Shown: piece after piece, positions 45,885 to 49,051 of the stretch
Layout of the letters: the number at the start of each line of letters is the position of its first letter
Position numbering within the stretch: the first letter of the stretch is position 1
Virus record (IMG/VR): IMGVR_UViG_3300046425_000466
Span: 1-49,051 of that record
Length of the DNA stretch: 49,051 nt
Origin: a virus
Lineage: Duplodnaviria; Caudoviricetes
Strand: one strand, 5' to 3'
Position numbers and translations under genes: made by a program
The notes under the pieces: generated by a model
Database searches by the model: none
The model's input: only the letters and a program-made list of their open reading frames with translations
Told to the model about the DNA's origin: nothing

Positions 45885-46162
45885 TGTTCATCCTCTCCTT
45901 TCACTTGGATGGAATAGTTTTCTTCAATCTGTTCGCGAGTAAATGATGCACCACAACTTCTGCAATCAATGCCTTCGTCTGTGCCTCCCCATTCTTTGAG
46001 GACTGTGCCTTCAAACTCAAGGTCGCCGTCTTCGTTGAAGAAGACGGGGTAGTGTTGATACACGCGTTCAACTGAAACCATGTGTCCTACTTTTTCACAA
46101 GCAGGACATTGAATCTCAATCACTTTCAGTTCATCACCTTTGAAGTCCTTGATGATGGTCAA
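45881..46162 (-). CDS. Small zinc-ribbon protein
   Basis: CPAC...CRSCG. Confidence 0.65.
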   Translation of the reverse strand: MTIIKDFKGDELKVIEIQCPACEKVGHMVSVERVYQHYPVFFNEDGDLEFEGTVLKEWGGTDEGIDCRSCGASFTREQIEENYSIQVKGEDEQ

Positions 46163-46698
46163 GCAACCAACTCCTTGAGCATGTCAAACAGTGCGCGGTT
46201 GTCTTCATCAATGCGAGCAGTGGTAATCTTGTTGCTGATTCGCTCTTTGATTTCATCAATGCTTACCATGTGATAGGAGGCAAGGACTTCAATCAAGAAC
46301 GGTGTTGTCGCGACCCTTTCCATATCTGTCTTGTTAAACTCAACAGATGGTTCCACTTCGCGAGTGTAGCCTTTCTCTTTTGTGTAAGCAGGAATAGGTT
46401 TCTCTTCCGCCCATGTCGGCATCAAGTCGCAAGGTGCATAGACCATACGCTTTACTTCGGGGTCTTTCCATTTGCACAATAGACCAAGACGAACAGCCTC
46501 GCAAGCATGGGCTTGCACTTGTTCATTCCTCAATGCCTTGTTTGCTCTTGTTCTCCAAACACGCAGGTCTGCGCAATCACGAATGTCCGATGGGCGCATC
46601 GCTCTTGATTCACCCAAGACAATTCGTGCGACGAACGCCGCGTTTGTTTCTTCATCAGTTTTCTTGTATTTGTTTTCTTTCTTTTGGCTCATGTTCAT
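46159..46698 (-). CDS. Hypothetical protein
   Basis: 179 aa; GGTGA RBS. Confidence 0.7.
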   Translation of the reverse strand: MNMSQKKENKYKKTDEETNAAFVARIVLGESRAMRPSDIRDCADLRVWRTRANKALRNEQVQAHACEAVRLGLLCKWKDPEVKRMVYAPCDLMPTWAEEKPIPAYTKEKGYTREVEPSVEFNKTDMERVATTPFLIEVLASYHMVSIDEIKERISNKITTARIDEDNRALFDMLKELVA

Positions 46699-46750
46699 TC
46701 ACCATTCTTGCAGACGCGCTCATCATTCCATGAGCAACATTAGTCAAGGG

Positions 46751-46785
46751 TGGGGAGAGGGAGGGATGGGTTCTCCCTCTCCCCA
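46751..46785. other. Perfect 13-bp hairpin in 210-nt intergenic region
   Basis: TGGGGAGAGGGAG-N9-CTCCCTCTCCCCA; no U-tract. Confidence 0.8.
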
Positions 46786-46910
46786 TAGAACATTGTGAAT
46801 GCGTTAAGGGTGCATCATTCCCATGTAGTTTGAACCATTACGGTGGCCTACACTAAGCCAATGAGTCTTCGTGTTTTGTTATGTTATGTGTTAAACACAC
46901 TGCGATGGTA

Positions 46911-48926
46911 TCACAGTTTCATATCGGCGGTAAGAATCTTCAAGCGGTTGCTTCCGTTGTCGTTGTAAGCCCATGTGTCATGGAACTCCGGCACATCAGC
47001 AAGATTCTGCGTAGCGTTCATGCTCTTTCCTTTCGGCGCAACAATCTTGTGTGGATTGTCAGTGAACCATTGCTTCATCTTTGGCAGGTCATCAGTCGTC
47101 AAGACATCTTGACCAATCGCTTTGCAGTAAACCTTGACATTTGCTTCAACCATCTTCTCAAAGAGGTCAGTCGCTTTGGTTGTCTTCTTCATGAATCCTT
47201 CCATGCCTGTTTGCTTTGCACCTGTTAGGACACGCTGAACAGTCTTGCCACCCTTTGCCATTTGGTCATCAACGATGACGGGTTGGTTGGATAGCATACC
47301 TGTGATACATTGCATGAGGTGGTTGGCAGTGTTGGCAGGGTCGTTCTCTTGGAGATTGACATAATCAACATCGGGGTTGGTGTAGCCATGAAGGACAGCC
47401 TTGTAAGCATGACCGCGACCAATGCGCATCATCTGTTCCATCTGTTCTTTGCTGATAGCAACACCCTTCTCTCGCGCAAGAACCAACTTGTCGTAGTCGT
47501 GAACATCAATCGCAACGGTTGGTTTGCTGATGAGTTTGTGCGACTCAAAGATGGTAAGCATCTTGTCAAAGAAGTTGCCCTCAACAGGAATCCACTTCAT
47601 GAGATGCGCGGCGAGCAAGTGTCGCTGTGCTTCTTGGAATGCAGACCGTAGCGATGCGGCAGTTGCCTCAATGTCAAACGCGGCGATAGCACCTGCGGTG
47701 TGGCGAATCTTGAACATCAGTTGGTTCGCACCACGCATAGCCATGTTGCCACAGTAGGTTCGCATGACAGTCATGTGTGCGGAGAACGCACCCTTACCAT
47801 CAAGAGGATTGAGTAGCGTTACGCCACAGCGATGACCACCGTTCTCTTCTGCAAGGATGGCGTTCACACTGTTTGCATCAAGGTTGAGGTAGCCTGTCAA
47901 GTTAGACGCGGCTTCCTTGCGATGCTTGGTTGCCATGTCTGTAATGTCAATGGTCATTGCACCACGCGCACCCTTGTTGATACAGTAGCGGTCGTAAGAC
48001 ACACCGGGAATATCATCAACAGCATCAGCGAAAGGAATCATCCAATCCTTGTGGTCAAGGTGTTGGTATGTCTGTCCAAGTCGCGGGTTGATGACAGCAC
48101 CGTAGTGTTCAATGCTGTCCGGTGATGCATCGGGGTTGCGCTCATTCGGATTCAACAGAATACGATTCACAGGTGTGCCGTTGTTGGTGAACGATACATA
48201 GCGAATGTCCTGCGGGTTGGTTGGGTCTTGAACCATCACAACTTGTGGTAGCGCAAGAGCCGAGAAGTTCCAAGCCGCGAAGTCAGTGTGTCGCTTGCCA
48301 CCAACCAATGCTTTGCCAATGTCAGTGTTCATGGACTGAACAATCTCACTGTCGGGTTGAGCATAGAGTTCAGCGCGAGCCTTCGCCGCTTTCTGCGCGG
48401 CTGTTTCTCGCTTCTTCTTCTCTTTCTTCTCCGCAGTTGCGTCATCCAATTCAACGGTGTCGTTGTTCTGCACTCCAACTTCCATGTTCATCCCTGCCGC
48501 GTTTGTAGTAGCGAGAGGAACGGAGTCATCGTAGTCTTCATCCATTGGTGGTGGTGTGTCGTTGTTCATTGGTGGTGCTTCGTCATCCATTGGTGGTGCT
48601 TCATCCTCAACAGGGTCAACAGTATGAACAATTGCTTGCTCATTCCATAGGTCTGCCGCGTCTTGTTGTTCTGCACCATCGGGTTCGCAACGGTAAGTGG
48701 ATGCGACAGGAATGTTTACTGTTCCTACCTTTGCATCTTTGAGGAACAACGCTGTCGTTCCATCACTCAATGTTTTGCGTTCCGCAATGGTTTCTTGTCG
48801 GACAAAGCCTTCACGCATGTCTTGCGTTTGGCTATCCAACCAACTCATCTTCACCTTGTCTTTGGTTTCATCTATCACGGTTCCAAAAAGAACCGTTCGC
48901 TCGTTTTTCGGGTTTACATTACTCAT
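46911..48926 (-). CDS. DUF932-like domain protein with acidic PPM-repeat linker
   Basis: LLNPLDGKGAF..MRTYCGN..KIRHT matches the DUF932 N.hDG..R..C.N..rHt pattern; EDEAPPMDDEAPPMNNDTPPPM linker; GGAGG RBS. Confidence 0.65.
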   Translation of the reverse strand: MSNVNPKNERTVLFGTVIDETKDKVKMSWLDSQTQDMREGFVRQETIAERKTLSDGTTALFLKDAKVGTVNIPVASTYRCEPDGAEQQDAADLWNEQAIVHTVDPVEDEAPPMDDEAPPMNNDTPPPMDEDYDDSVPLATTNAAGMNMEVGVQNNDTVELDDATAEKKEKKKRETAAQKAAKARAELYAQPDSEIVQSMNTDIGKALVGGKRHTDFAAWNFSALALPQVVMVQDPTNPQDIRYVSFTNNGTPVNRILLNPNERNPDASPDSIEHYGAVINPRLGQTYQHLDHKDWMIPFADAVDDIPGVSYDRYCINKGARGAMTIDITDMATKHRKEAASNLTGYLNLDANSVNAILAEENGGHRCGVTLLNPLDGKGAFSAHMTVMRTYCGNMAMRGANQLMFKIRHTAGAIAAFDIEATAASLRSAFQEAQRHLLAAHLMKWIPVEGNFFDKMLTIFESHKLISKPTVAIDVHDYDKLVLAREKGVAISKEQMEQMMRIGRGHAYKAVLHGYTNPDVDYVNLQENDPANTANHLMQCITGMLSNQPVIVDDQMAKGGKTVQRVLTGAKQTGMEGFMKKTTKATDLFEKMVEANVKVYCKAIGQDVLTTDDLPKMKQWFTDNPHKIVAPKGKSMNATQNLADVPEFHDTWAYNDNGSNRLKILTADMKL

Positions 48927-49051
48927 GTTTTTTCCTCCTTGTTTTTTGTGTTGTCCTGTGGACTGTGTGTTGCCTCCATTGGAGGCGGGGCATCATCCAC
49001 CATTGGTGGTGGGGTGTCCTCCGATGCGAACATCGGTGGTGGTAAATCTAA
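48923..49051 (-). CDS. 3' end of truncated ORF with three PPPM repeats
   Basis: LDLPPPMFASEDTPPPMVDDAPPPMEATHSPQDNTKNKEEKT*; ATGA-coupled to the next gene. Confidence 0.6.
   Translation of the reverse strand, partial: LDLPPPMFASEDTPPPMVDDAPPPMEATHSPQDNTKNKEEKT

Noticed and set aside
36193-46162. Many proteins ending in GEEE/EEE as a shared C-terminal tag
   Set aside because: Explained by the purine-rich RBS (GGAGG/GAGGAAGA) of the overlapping next gene in ATGA coupling
46699-46910. tRNA, hammerhead ribozyme or intrinsic terminator in the intergenic gap
   Set aside because: No cloverleaf or T-loop, no CUGAnGA/GAAA core, and no U-tract after the hairpin
190-49045. Numerous antisense and alternate-frame ORFs in the six-frame track
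   Set aside because: They are shadows of long coupled genes, with no RBS or recognisable motifs

Overview
This is a fragment of a tailed dsDNA virus of marine euryarchaea, most consistent with a Magrovirus infecting Marine Group II/Poseidoniales. The assignment is inferred from gene content only: group II chaperonin, PolB, PCNA-like clamp, RFC, PriS-PriL fusion primase, MCM-like ATPase, ERCC4 nuclease, TATA promoters and GGTGA/GGAGG RBSs. Bases 1-19531 (+) are the end of the virion module: a 5'-truncated >3800-aa giant protein, tail/fibre genes, and basic multi-module proteins, one with an ADP-ribosyltransferase-like domain. Bases 19532-49051 (-) hold a tightly coupled replication module and then many small early genes. 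The most notable observations are: (1) putative Lys-delimited polyproteins; (2) an apparently catalytically dead ATP-dependent DNA ligase next to a degenerate LAGLIDADG protein and a candidate origin/operator; (3) a tripartite DNA motif shared by the two AT-rich gaps of the replication module; (4) a D/E-x-PP(P)M motif recurring in unrelated early proteins; (5) non-canonical PolB motifs; (6) a structured 210-nt intergenic element; (7) strong apparent avoidance of restriction-type words. All family calls come from motif recognition by eye, with no database searches.
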